DNA from: a virus
DNA: 64,000 bases
Reading direction: 5' to 3' (one strand)
IMG/VR virus record: IMGVR_UViG_3300048080_000231
Shown here: positions 54,965 to 64,000 of the stretch, piece by piece
How positions within the stretch are numbered: the first letter of the stretch is position 1
How the letters are laid out: the number at the start of each line of letters is the position of its first letter
Program-made: the position numbers and the translations under genes
Notes under the pieces: model-generated
Told to the model about the DNA's origin: nothing
Seen by the model: only the letters and a program-made list of their open reading frames with translations
The model's database searches: none

Positions 54965-54997
54965 GCCCAATCCGGGGGAGAAGCCGGATAATGGAGA

Positions 54998-55249
54998 ATG
55001 ATGAAAAAGTTATATTCAAGTCCGGAACATAAAAAAATGGTGGCGGAGTACAAAGCGGAATTAGCTGCCCGCCCTGCACCGCGCCCGGTCGCTGTTCCTT
55101 GCAAATGCGAAGCCGCAGCCCTGCCTTCGGGCAGATGGGAGAAGACTTATTATTGCCCCGCCTGTGGGGCAGAATGGAAAGATAATTCTGCCATGATGGC
55201 CTGGGCCGAAGTGCAAGATATTTTGCAACTTCAAACTAATAAGGCTTAA
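54998..55249 (+). CDS. Zn-ribbon-like small protein
   Basis: CKC...YYCPACG. Confidence 0.5.
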   Translation: MMKKLYSSPEHKKMVAEYKAELAARPAPRPVAVPCKCEAAALPSGRWEKTYYCPACGAEWKDNSAMMAWAEVQDILQLQTNKA

Positions 55250-55253
55250 TATC

Positions 55254-55290
55254 AAGCCCCTGGGATCCCCCATCCCAGGGGCTTTTTTTT
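55254..55290 (+). terminator. Intrinsic terminator
   Basis: aagcccctgggat-ccccc-atcccaggggctttttttt. Confidence 0.85.
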
Positions 55291-55302
55291 CTCCCCTTAC
55301 AC

Positions 55303-55331
55303 TTGACAACATTTACATTTATTCATATAAT
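55303..55331 (+). promoter_or_regulatory. Consensus sigma70 promoter
   Basis: TTGACA-N17-TATAAT. Confidence 0.75.
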
Positions 55332-55374
55332 ATACTGTATGATAAAGTCATACTACAGAAAGCGAAGGCGACAA

Positions 55375-55578
55375 ATGGCTAAGAAGCGAATTGGCTGGAT
55401 TGCGCGAACCTTCTCTTTCAATGCCGAGAGGGATAGGGAGATATTAGATTGGCTTGATAATCAAGAAAATGCAAGTCAAGCCGTAAGGGACATCATTAGT
55501 GTGAGTTTGGAAGGTAGTATTACATTAGAGGATATTTACCGGGAGATTAAAAGGTTGCAAGAGGAGAAGAAATTATGA
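55375..55578 (+). CDS. RHH-like regulator
   Basis: RTFSFNAERDREILDWLDNQENASQAVRDII. Confidence 0.6.
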   Translation: MAKKRIGWIARTFSFNAERDREILDWLDNQENASQAVRDIISVSLEGSITLEDIYREIKRLQEEKKL

Positions 55579-56005
55579 TAGCTCAACTGCAAATAGATTA
55601 TGAAAGTAAAAAATTTACCTTTATAGAGGTTAATCCCCCCGAAAGGTATTTAATCAGATGTTCTATTTGTGAAAGTAACATAATGAATACTCCCTTCCTT
55701 TTGCGCCTTTATCGGTCACGAAAAGGAACACTTACGGAAGCATCTAGTATATGTAAAAATTGTTATGAGGAAATAAAATGAACAATAAAATTAGTTTGAT
55801 TAAGCTCGTTAGTTTGGCTGAATTTGTTGAAAAAGCTAAAGGCGATTTAGAAAATTTTCAATTATTTTGGCAACGGAAGCAAGAAAAATCACCAAAGCAA
55901 TACCCCGATACCCTTTTATCTGGCGATTGGGATGAGCAACTTATTTTCTTTCTTGCCGATAAAATGGGGATAGATGCAACAAATTTGTTTAATGCGCTTA
56001 ATTAA
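55575..56005 (+). CDS. Two short hypothetical ORFs (55575-55781 with CxxC pairs; 55778-56005)
   Basis: Coupled ORFs. Confidence 0.45.
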
Positions 56006-56010
56006 AAGTT

Positions 56011-56041
56011 ACCGCGTCTAAGCAGTGGGCTTAGACGCGGT
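56011..56041. repeat. 13-bp perfect GC-rich hairpin without U tract
   Basis: accgcgtctaagc-agtgg-gcttagacgcggt. Confidence 0.8.
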
Positions 56042-56060
56042 TAGAAACTCATAATAAACT

Positions 56061-56696
56061 ATGCCAATAGATACTAGTACCATTCTCCCAAAAAGTAAAA
56101 TAGACCAGGCCGCTATTTTGAAAGTGGCTACCGTAGCTATCGCCGCTCCCCGTTGGATTGGAGCTTTTGCGGCCGCTATTGGTGTGGATGCTCTTAGCGA
56201 ATATTCGTTACTGGCCCATGCCGAGGCATTTAGTGGCGGAGCAATGGCGATACTTGAAGGATTTGCTATTGCTTACGTGCTTGGCAAATGGAGAAGCCTG
56301 AAAAATAATAGCTTACAATGGTGGATATTGCTTATCTTCACTTTCCTATTAGCTATTACGCTTCCATTGGTCGCAACGCCATATCTGCTAATTGAACAAG
56401 ATAAGAGCACAATTAGCTTACTTTTTGCAGAGCATCGTCTTATGCAGATAGCATGGAGTATCCTGGTTGCAGGCGTGCCGGTGCTTATCATTATGGCCGT
56501 GGGTTATGCTGATAGTGAGGAACATGAACATAGCAAAAAACAAGAATATTCCATAAATATACTTCCTATAGAAATACCATCTAATGGACAAATGAAGCAT
56601 GATTATATTTGTCTGAACTGTGAAAGAAAATTTATCAGTCCTAAAGCACTCGGAGCACATAGTAGATTTTGCATAAGAAAGGAAAGTAATGTTTGA
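56061..56696 (+). CDS. Multi-TM membrane protein with C-terminal C2HC zinc finger
   Basis: About four hydrophobic helices; CLNCERKFISPKALGAHSRFC. Confidence 0.7.
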   Translation: MPIDTSTILPKSKIDQAAILKVATVAIAAPRWIGAFAAAIGVDALSEYSLLAHAEAFSGGAMAILEGFAIAYVLGKWRSLKNNSLQWWILLIFTFLLAITLPLVATPYLLIEQDKSTISLLFAEHRLMQIAWSILVAGVPVLIIMAVGYADSEEHEHSKKQEYSINILPIEIPSNGQMKHDYICLNCERKFISPKALGAHSRFCIRKESNV

Positions 56697-57156
56697 ACCA
56701 CAAAATGAGCAAGGTGTTATTGTCTTTTTTGCTCAACAAATAGATTTTGAAATAAGTGCTGCATATCCAGATGCTATCATTAAGCATGGTGATACTCTTT
56801 ACAAGGTAGAATTTGAATATCAATCTTCTAATTTCTTGCTCCACAAGCATGATCCTGAAGCATGCGACTTGCTTATATGCTGGATACACGATTGGGAAGA
56901 ATGTCCATTATCAGTTTTTGAGCTTTCTAATCCAGTATGGAAGCATACAGAGATTAAACCTATATCCATAGAAGCACTTGTAAATTACTGGAAACAAAGA
57001 GCACTCAAAGCCGAAAAGCATAGTGAAAAAATAATGGAAAAGGCAAGGGAAACGATCGAGCTTAATCAAGCTGAAGATTATGCATGCCCAAAATGTGAAC
57101 GTTCTTTTACCACCTTACAAGCACATAGTCGTTTTTGCTCAAAAAGTAAGTTGTAG
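56689..57156 (+). CDS. Restriction-endonuclease-fold protein with C-terminal zinc finger
   Basis: NEQGV...YPDAII...VEFEYQSSNF..HKHDPEACDLLICW.HDW; CPKCERSFTTLQAHSRFC. Confidence 0.65.
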   Translation: MFEPQNEQGVIVFFAQQIDFEISAAYPDAIIKHGDTLYKVEFEYQSSNFLLHKHDPEACDLLICWIHDWEECPLSVFELSNPVWKHTEIKPISIEALVNYWKQRALKAEKHSEKIMEKARETIELNQAEDYACPKCERSFTTLQAHSRFCSKSKL

Positions 57157-57160
57157 CATG

Positions 57161-57216
57161 TACGTTCTGGTACGTTCTGGTCTAGTCTGGCACGTTCTGG
57201 TACGAACTGGACTAGA
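57161..57216 (+). repeat. Intergenic 10-bp tandem repeat (5 copies)
   Basis: tacgttctgg tacgttctgg tctagtctgg cacgttctgg tacgaactgg. Confidence 0.9.
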
Positions 57217-57259
57217 TGTAACTCAAAAACAAGAATAGATATAAAAGAAAGTAGGGGAT

Positions 57260-57541
57260 ATGAATATTAAATACGTATACGTAGCAGATTTTAGCAGTTG
57301 GTATACAGTTCGATTATCTGAAATAGAAGTAAAAAGCGAAACGGAAAAAACGATAACTATTGCCAAGATACATGATATTATCAGTGGTCAATATTTCAAT
57401 AATCGTATTGAAAAGCGCGCGCACAACATCTTTGAAACCAAAGAGGCTGCACTTGACTGGCTAAAACAAAAAGCAACTACCGCGCTCTTGGAATTGCAAA
57501 AAGAGATAGAGAAAATTGACGAATGTATATTATCAAATTAA
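57260..57541 (+). CDS. Hypothetical protein
   Basis: 93 aa, VKSETEKTI motif common in phage early proteins. Confidence 0.55.
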   Translation: MNIKYVYVADFSSWYTVRLSEIEVKSETEKTITIAKIHDIISGQYFNNRIEKRAHNIFETKEAALDWLKQKATTALLELQKEIEKIDECILSN

Positions 57542-57711
57542 GAGCTCCAAAAGATATGATGCTTATATGTTTCCTTTGCAACAATATTCTTACGGATTTT
57601 GTAATGCCGGTTTACTACTCAAAGTACAAAAGATATTACTTCCCGTATATCAAAGCAATGCAAATATTTTATGCCCGGATTGCGCTGCTAAATTTGAGTT
57701 CGAGGGAATAA

Positions 57712-58341
57712 TTGACCAAACTTAATGCTAGAAATATTCTAACGCTTACTGCAACCACTACCGGCCTAAGCCTCGGCTTTGGCTTAATTGGTAGCTATAT
57801 GTTGCAAGAGCTAGGATATAAGCCACAAGATTATATTTTTAATACTTCAGTCGCCTGGCTTGCCTTTCACGCGCCGGTTATCTCTACGGCTATTAGCAGT
57901 TTAAAGTATGCACTTGGCGAAAAGCAATTACCAAGCGTAACAGCTAATAGCCACAGTATAAGCCGCCGTATCCCGTTCACTGCCAATGGTCATACTTCTC
58001 ATATCTTTGCTTCATTGTTACCCGGAATTATGCCAAAAGTAGTAGAAAAGAATAGCAAAAAGCCAATTGTCTTTTTTGTTACTTTTAATCGGCAAGATTA
58101 CGCTTTAACCATTATGGAAATAGAGAAATTTGTTTACATTGCCTGGCGTCGTCAAAATCAAGGTAAAAATGGTCTTAGTCGCCAATATTGGACACGAGAA
58201 TGTAGACCGAGATTGAAAACTCTTGAGTATAATTGTCGAATGGCGATTCTATCTCAAGCAGGTCTTATCATAGATAGGTCAGATCGGCGAAGTGGGCGTC
58301 TTGTTCTTTCGCCGGAATTAGCGATGAAGGAATTAATATAA
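57712..58341 (+). CDS. Membrane-anchored hypothetical protein
   Basis: N-terminal hydrophobic segments; basic C-terminal domain. Confidence 0.5.
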   Translation: MTKLNARNILTLTATTTGLSLGFGLIGSYMLQELGYKPQDYIFNTSVAWLAFHAPVISTAISSLKYALGEKQLPSVTANSHSISRRIPFTANGHTSHIFASLLPGIMPKVVEKNSKKPIVFFVTFNRQDYALTIMEIEKFVYIAWRRQNQGKNGLSRQYWTRECRPRLKTLEYNCRMAILSQAGLIIDRSDRRSGRLVLSPELAMKELI

Positions 58342-58803
58342 TGAAGTTTAAGAATGTACAAAAAGCTATTGCTCATTATGTGGCAAATAATTCTTTTTTG
58401 CAGCAAGTGCTAGACAAGAGAGGGTTTACAGAAAAGAATGTAGATGTAAGTTCCTTACCGGATATTTATGATGATACGCCGTATGATACTATTTTTAATG
58501 GCAATCGCTATCAAACTGTTGGTGAATACAAGCAAGCTCTTGAAAAATTCTATAGATACCGAGGTTAAAATGATTTTATTAAAACTTGCAATGACAACAC
58601 CAACAGGAAGATCAAGGGTTACGTACTCACCATCACGAATGATACCAAATAAGGAAATTAGCCCAAGCGAATTTGCTAAAAAATATGCAAAGCATGGTCG
58701 TACATTAAAAGTAGATATGAATCGCGATGGAAATATTAAAGATATATCTGCTTATTCTCGCGGATTAGACGGTTGGTGGATAATAGAAAGCGAATGTCGA
58801 TAA
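58341..58803 (+). CDS. Two short hypothetical ORFs (58341-58568; 58570-58803)
   Basis: Coupled ORFs ending the plus arm. Confidence 0.45.
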
Positions 58804-58804
58804 T

Positions 58805-58840
58805 AAAATAAGTCCCTGGATTGCTTATCCGGGGACTTTT
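58805..58840. terminator. Bidirectional terminator between the two genome arms
   Basis: aagtccctgga-ttgctta-tccggggactttt. Confidence 0.75.
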
Positions 58841-58857
58841 ATTGTTTCCCGTTTAAT

Positions 58858-60132
58858 TTATATCCAAAGAACATCAACATTTACTTTAATCGTACCCGCG
58901 CCCGCCTGTCGCACGCATGATAATTCCCCCCCAGCTGATACGCTAAATCGAAGCGTATCAGCACCTAAAACGATATCATTGTTATTTGTCGGTATGATGC
59001 CGAATTGCCCCTCTCCTACACTGCCGGCTGATGTGCGCGCTACATAATGCACGGATGCCATGTAAAGCACGTCCCCCGTTCCATCAGGAATGATCACTTG
59101 AGAAACCCCGGCCAAGCCATCATATTTCCAATTATGGAGTGAGCCGCCAATGGTATCATAGGTATGTAGTTTGGCTTGAGGTGATGTTGTGCCAATGCCA
59201 ACTCCAGTACTAGTTAATGATACCATATCGCCAACTGTAGATAAAAAAAATCTTAAATCAAGAGAGGAGGCTACTTTGTAAATTGACCAGCCATCATTGC
59301 CCGTTGTGCGCCGTATACGTAATTCTGCTTGGGAAGCATCGGGGCTTTGGATAGCTACAGTAACATTTCCAGAAGATGCGCCAACATGCAATTTGCCCAA
59401 AGTAGGAATAACACCAATTCCTACTTCCTCGTTTTCCGTAATTACCAGACCGAGTGTGGATGCAGCATCGTTTATTACAATATTAAGGTAATCGGCGGCC
59501 GCATCTACCACAAATAGATTGGCAAAAATTGTACCAGTTCCATCACTTTCACGGATGATTACGCCATAAGCATTGTCTTCCGTTCTAATATCCAAATATT
59601 GATTTGCGTCATTTCCACCCGTCAAATCAATAAAAAGTTCTCCGCCGTTACCAACATAGAAATCAGCAATTTCGGTCGTTTCAGCCAAACCACGCAACCT
59701 GATACCAGACGTATTGCTGCCAGCGTCAATGTCTAGTTTAGTTGCTGGCGTTGTTGTACCTATGCCAATTTGCCCAGTTGCATCAGCCTGAAGCGCAACC
59801 GCTCCAAAGTCGCTTTCCCAAACCTGATAAACCTTAAATCCTCCGCTTGGCGAATTACTACCATGTTGGAAGGCGATAGGCTCAGTTCCCTTTACAAATA
59901 GCAAATTAACATAATCATTGATGGCATAAGCCATTCCTGCTACTTTTACCGCCGTAATATAGTTTCCATCTCGCGGGTCACGCACAATGATATAGTTAGC
60001 CAGGCCGGAAGGCGCATCATTGATTACGATGGCATTAGGTAAGATGGTAGTCTGTTCTTGTTTACCGCCAAGAATAATAAGCCCATTTAGTAAATTTTCT
60101 AGCTGGGATAGAAGCGTTTCACTAGCTGGCAT
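58858..60132 (-). CDS. Tail fibre protein
   Basis: Repeated GIGTTTPATKLDI / EVGIGVIPTLGKLHV / GVGIGTTSPQAKLH fibre motifs. Confidence 0.75.
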   Translation of the reverse strand: MPASETLLSQLENLLNGLIILGGKQEQTTILPNAIVINDAPSGLANYIIVRDPRDGNYITAVKVAGMAYAINDYVNLLFVKGTEPIAFQHGSNSPSGGFKVYQVWESDFGAVALQADATGQIGIGTTTPATKLDIDAGSNTSGIRLRGLAETTEIADFYVGNGGELFIDLTGGNDANQYLDIRTEDNAYGVIIRESDGTGTIFANLFVVDAAADYLNIVINDAASTLGLVITENEEVGIGVIPTLGKLHVGASSGNVTVAIQSPDASQAELRIRRTTGNDGWSIYKVASSLDLRFFLSTVGDMVSLTSTGVGIGTTSPQAKLHTYDTIGGSLHNWKYDGLAGVSQVIIPDGTGDVLYMASVHYVARTSAGSVGEGQFGIIPTNNNDIVLGADTLRFSVSAGGELSCVRQAGAGTIKVNVDVLWI

Positions 60133-61237
60133 AGAGAGTCCCTACAATATTCTCTTGCTGAAGTCCTAACTCCGTTACCGCGCCAAAAGTATTAGATCGT
60201 GATACTCGTATCTTATCAATGTAAAATGGCTCAGCCACAAAAGCTAAGCTAACTCCATTTCTGGCCGTTCCTGTATAGGTCAAGCTGATACGGTCAAATA
60301 ATTCGAGGTAAAGCCCCCACGCGCCCGCAATTTGGATACGTAAATCATAAGGCCGCGATTCAAAGCTAAACACCCGTTGCGCCAATTGGTCAAGCCGCGC
60401 TTGGGCATTACACCGCAGATTAGTTACTTGCAGTTTCCGGCCATTGGAAGCGATATTAGCTGGATATTCAGATCTTAAAATCACACCTGTATCAGTCAGC
60501 GCGCTTAGCACCACCTGATCCATTTGCACCCTATCGCGGTAAACAGCTTCTGGCTGAGCCACTATCATATCATCGTCTATAGCCAATGTTATGGTATTTA
60601 ATATCGCTTCAAAAACCGGATGAGGCTCATAGATAAAATCGTCTTGCTTATTCATATAGACGACATAATATTCATTTCTGGCAATAGCTTGAAGTGTCTG
60701 CCAAATTGAATTACTGGCCCTCACCGTGTACACATCCACCTTTGTACTTACTGTGGTATCTATTCCTGTCGTATCTACCCATCCCCCTACTAATGTTGCT
60801 GAATAAGTACCATTTGTATTCTGAATAAAAGCGGTAGAGGAAATATTAGTATGTTGCTCTATAATATGTTGGACAATGTGGCCCAGACGCAAATTAGTAT
60901 TTTGATGAGGATTAGAAAGTACCGCCGGATCGGAGAAGTAAATCCCTTGAAGTGCTGCATTTTGGAGAAAGACATCCGTAGTGGCTACCGTTACATCGGT
61001 GCTACTTTGGCGTATGTCCCATCGCACTGACTGAGGAAGCACAGAACCACGCATAGCTAATATCGCCGCTGCTTCCCATAAACCCCCACCTTCAGCGGTA
61101 AGATATAAGTCTATGCGCCGGCCAAATTCAACCTCATCTTGATCATTGGCAAAACTTCCAGAGGCTTGCCAACCGCCTCTTTGCCCATCGGCTTCGATTT
61201 GATTTATAATAAAGGTGGTAGATGCTTCAATAGTCAA
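60122..61237 (-). CDS. Tail tip/baseplate hub (Tal-like) protein
   Basis: SIWQTLQAIARNEYYVVYMNKQDDFIYEP, YLELFDRISLT...FYIDKIRV hub-like motifs. Confidence 0.6.
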   Translation of the reverse strand: MTIEASTTFIINQIEADGQRGGWQASGSFANDQDEVEFGRRIDLYLTAEGGGLWEAAAILAMRGSVLPQSVRWDIRQSSTDVTVATTDVFLQNAALQGIYFSDPAVLSNPHQNTNLRLGHIVQHIIEQHTNISSTAFIQNTNGTYSATLVGGWVDTTGIDTTVSTKVDVYTVRASNSIWQTLQAIARNEYYVVYMNKQDDFIYEPHPVFEAILNTITLAIDDDMIVAQPEAVYRDRVQMDQVVLSALTDTGVILRSEYPANIASNGRKLQVTNLRCNAQARLDQLAQRVFSFESRPYDLRIQIAGAWGLYLELFDRISLTYTGTARNGVSLAFVAEPFYIDKIRVSRSNTFGAVTELGLQQENIVGTLYAS

Positions 61238-61261
61238 TTTAATCGCCTGAAATCTGATTTT

Positions 61262-62950
61262 TTAGTTGACAATAACGCCCGTTACATCTTGCGTAACTGG
61301 CAAAGTTAAAGTGTAATCTGCCAAATTTTGTCCCGTATTCACGCTATAATCTACCACGTGAGTTGCTCCACTATCATTACCAAAAACCACTTCCTCCACA
61401 TTTATATCCAGCCTATCTAGCGCATGGCAATCGTAGCCTAAGCCTGTTTTCTTTTGTGACCAGGAGACGCCATCATCTATTGTTTCCGAAATTTCGCCAT
61501 CGGCGCTATCAAATATCAACACTCTCTCATCACTATCTGGGCCAACAATAAAAGCCGATACTGCGCCAAACGTTCCTGGGTCTTTGACTGCAAACGAAGT
61601 CCCTGCATTTTCGGACTTCTCAACTGCGTTTGTGCCGTCGAAGTCGCCTGCTACCCAAACCACATCAGCATCAAAACGTCCACACTGGACGCCTATATCA
61701 GTTCCCGCGCCAGGTTCAAATACTATTTCTCCATCAGCATTTAGAGCCGTAGCAAATTTTACCAGGATAGGCGTTGTATCACTGGCAATAAGACCAAGAT
61801 AAATATACGCACCATCTGCATCCACATCGCAGGGTTTGGCTGCTATTGCACCAATTGTAAAATCGGTTGAACTAATACCCGGAGGAGTTACATCGGTTGT
61901 GATTACTGCTACCGTTACAGTTGCATTTCCCCAACAAGCCAAAATATGCGAATTATCTAATCGGGTCATGCTACCGCGTGTAGTAGCATTTTCATCCCCA
62001 GTAGATGTAATCTCATTGGTTTGTGTTAAAGTAGTGCCTGAGATTGTTACCTCTGTCCAACGAGGCCCACCACTACTAACCAGATGCGAATAAATAACCG
62101 CTGACCCTGCATGAAATTTTTCGCACCAAGAAATAAAATCTGTCCCAAGGATTTCTAAAATACTCCCCTCTGTCAAATTACTTTGAATTATCTTATATCG
62201 TCTATCTCCTCCGGTATCTATATATCCGATAAGACAATTAGAACTATCTATTTTTATCGCGCCAAAAGGCGTATTTGATGCAGCAACATTTGAAGTATCA
62301 ATGGTAAAAGGTGTACCTGCTGTTAAGGTACTACCAGTCCTTGTAAGTTCCACTCCCATAAAATCGTTAGAAGTGCTTTGCTTATAAAGCATAATACCAT
62401 TACCGCCACCAAAAGCAGCAAAGGTCGGAATAGCTCCAAGAGGTGCTGTAGCAGGCGAGAAAACTACCACATTGCCTTGTGTAGTATCATCAGCCAGAGA
62501 TAGATAGAAAGCCGTAGGTGCATCAACACGCAAAACTACAACTAGAGTATAATCATCCCAGGGATAGGCGGCATTAACAAAACTACTACTTACGTCATCA
62601 GGATACGTAAGTGTCAGAATTGAACCAGCAACAAGGTCTGTAGCCGTTTTGGTAATGGGAATTAAATGCACTACCCCTGAAGGACTGCTATCATCTACGG
62701 TCAGAAGTCTTAATTTATTAGCATTAACTGGAACTAATTGGGCGCGTTGAAGTGGGCCAGTAATAGCAGTATCTAATGTTGCTTCTCCACCAAGCGTAGT
62801 TACAACTGTACCTGAAATATTTAATAAATATCCTTTTGCTCCTCCTGATAAATAAGCGATACCAGCTAAGGAAGAACTAAAAGCTGCTACTGAAATAGAA
62901 TCACTTGTCCCAGAAGTGATACCTACATTTGCGCCTTTGGAAATCGTCAT
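61262..62950 (-). CDS. Tail tip receptor-binding/propeller-like protein
   Basis: Ser/Thr/Gly-rich beta protein; ATG overlaps the TadE stop (ATGA). Confidence 0.55.
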   Translation of the reverse strand: MTISKGANVGITSGTSDSISVAAFSSSLAGIAYLSGGAKGYLLNISGTVVTTLGGEATLDTAITGPLQRAQLVPVNANKLRLLTVDDSSPSGVVHLIPITKTATDLVAGSILTLTYPDDVSSSFVNAAYPWDDYTLVVVLRVDAPTAFYLSLADDTTQGNVVVFSPATAPLGAIPTFAAFGGGNGIMLYKQSTSNDFMGVELTRTGSTLTAGTPFTIDTSNVAASNTPFGAIKIDSSNCLIGYIDTGGDRRYKIIQSNLTEGSILEILGTDFISWCEKFHAGSAVIYSHLVSSGGPRWTEVTISGTTLTQTNEITSTGDENATTRGSMTRLDNSHILACWGNATVTVAVITTDVTPPGISSTDFTIGAIAAKPCDVDADGAYIYLGLIASDTTPILVKFATALNADGEIVFEPGAGTDIGVQCGRFDADVVWVAGDFDGTNAVEKSENAGTSFAVKDPGTFGAVSAFIVGPDSDERVLIFDSADGEISETIDDGVSWSQKKTGLGYDCHALDRLDINVEEVVFGNDSGATHVVDYSVNTGQNLADYTLTLPVTQDVTGVIVN

Positions 62951-63630
62951 TGTGGCAACCTCATAATGGTATAAGCCCAAAGCGGAATCGGGTCATAAAA
63001 CCAATAAAAGCCAGTTAGTTGAGGCTGATCATAAAACGCTTCGACTAACACGCTATCGTTATCAAAATCGTCGGTGTTCACATTGGTCGCCATAAGTTGC
63101 CGGCAGGTATCTTCCAACTTGCCGCTGTTTAGACATATTTGCCAGAAGCGTAGTTGTTTCTGACAATTAAGCATCAGGTTTTGTGCCATTAACAAAGCCA
63201 ATTGTTTCGTGTCACTTATTTTAGATGTCCGGGTAATACCTTGCATATCTGACCAAAATAAAGCCTCATCATCTATTTGATATGCGGGTTGACATTCATT
63301 ATTACATGGTTGCGTTTCGCATGGCGTTCCGGTATAGGCTTGATAACGATGAATGACAAGCGTCCCCCCTTCTGGTTTGCCTCCCGCTATCCGAAATTGA
63401 GTGGCTACCATTTGATAGGCTTTCTCATTATCCTTATTCCAAAATTCGGCTACATCTTGCCGTACCGCAAATCGCGCTGCTTCTCGTGTGGCTTGGGAAA
63501 GGCGCATATAACCAAGAATAGCCCAGCCAATTTCGATTAAGCCAATAAAGATAAGTATAAGTAATGGCAAAGTGACTGCCATCTCTACCATGCTTTGTCC
63601 TAAGTTGCTATCACGCCTCTGCTTGTCCAT
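62947..63630 (-). CDS. tadE: TadE/TadG-family Flp pseudopilin (prepilin)
   Basis: MDKQRRDSNLG|QSMVEMAVTLPLLILIFIGLIEIGWAILGYMRLSQATREAARFAV: basic leader, Gly cleavage site, Glu+5, TadE AxxxP..G..E.G...AxREAAR signature; GGGGAG RBS. Confidence 0.85.
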   Translation of the reverse strand: MDKQRRDSNLGQSMVEMAVTLPLLILIFIGLIEIGWAILGYMRLSQATREAARFAVRQDVAEFWNKDNEKAYQMVATQFRIAGGKPEGGTLVIHRYQAYTGTPCETQPCNNECQPAYQIDDEALFWSDMQGITRTSKISDTKQLALLMAQNLMLNCQKQLRFWQICLNSGKLEDTCRQLMATNVNTDDFDNDSVLVEAFYDQPQLTGFYWFYDPIPLWAYTIMRLPQ

Positions 63631-63980
63631 GTCTCCCCGCTGTTCGTTGTCTTGTATATCCAAATTCGACTTGCACTTGCTTTGGCCGCCATGATAAAAA
63701 TTGTCTCTTTATCCAGTGGGTCATAATCTACCCAATGAAAAGTTAGTTGCCCGACTGTGGCTGCCGGGCTATCACCAAATTCAGCGTTAGACGGGTCAGG
63801 AAGTGGAAACTTATTCCATCCCCGCCCGCCATTAGTAGAACGAAATACACCGCCATCTGTAGCTATTAGTAGCTCGTGATTGGCATTATTCAAATGGCGA
63901 GTACGCGGGTTTTGTACAATGAAATTGACATTCTTTTCCGTCCCGCTTAATCCAGTATTGCGCTCAGTCCAGGTAGGCAC
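63600..63980 (-). CDS. BNR/Asp-box repeat virion protein
   Basis: ATDGGVFRSTNGGRGW, YKTTNSGETW. Confidence 0.6.
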   Translation of the reverse strand: MPTWTERNTGLSGTEKNVNFIVQNPRTRHLNNANHELLIATDGGVFRSTNGGRGWNKFPLPDPSNAEFGDSPAATVGQLTFHWVDYDPLDKETIFIMAAKASASRIWIYKTTNSGETWTSRGVIAT

Positions 63981-64000
63981 AAGTCACCGCTTCATAGAAG

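Noticed and set aside
58858-63980. Diversity-generating retroelement targeting tail fibres
   Set aside because: No reverse transcriptase and no template/variable repeat pair differing at adenines was noticed
1-64000. Alternative genetic code (stop recoding)
   Set aside because: Long core genes are uninterrupted in code 11 and TAA, TAG and TGA all serve as coupled stops
1-64000. tRNA, tmRNA or rRNA genes
   Set aside because: No cloverleaf with a T-loop GTTCRA and acceptor stem was recognised by eye; tRNAscan-SE/ARAGORN would be decisive

Overview
The window is most of a tailed dsDNA phage genome (siphovirus-like, AT-rich), apparently circularly permuted. A minus-strand morphogenesis arm runs from ~33.3 kb to position 1: membrane/holin-like genes, TerS, TerL, portal, gpF-like protein, protease/scaffold, major capsid protein, adaptor, tail tube, tail chaperone with a -1 frameshift, and tape measure. 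It resumes at the right edge (64.0 to 58.9 kb: tail tip/fibre genes). A plus-strand early/replication arm spans 33.5-58.8 kb: many minigenes and ribbon-helix-helix regulators, SSB-like protein, ERCC4 nuclease, AAA ATPase, a split UvrD/PcrA helicase, DinG helicase, MazG, DUF5131, ParB-methyltransferase, macrodomain and an RpoD-like sigma factor. I saw no integrase, DNA polymerase, primase, endolysin, tRNA, CRISPR array or reverse transcriptase; these could lie in the missing segment. The most striking element is a 14.5-kb island between the capsid gene and the head-tail adaptor. It carries 7 glycosyltransferase genes, 4 paralogous SAM methyltransferases, GDP-fucose synthase, RmlD and two virion-like proteins, with RmlC placed separately between terL and portal; it is a candidate virion glycosylation/O-methylation system. 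Other oddities are a TadE-type prepilin among the tail-tip genes, an orphan TnpB omega-RNA-like element, a switch-like structured leader RNA, late promoter-motif-terminator leaders suggesting antitermination, and cysteine-rich shell proteins. A Chloroflexota-like host is only a guess from the style of the TadE gene. All family assignments come from motif recognition by eye; no searches were run.
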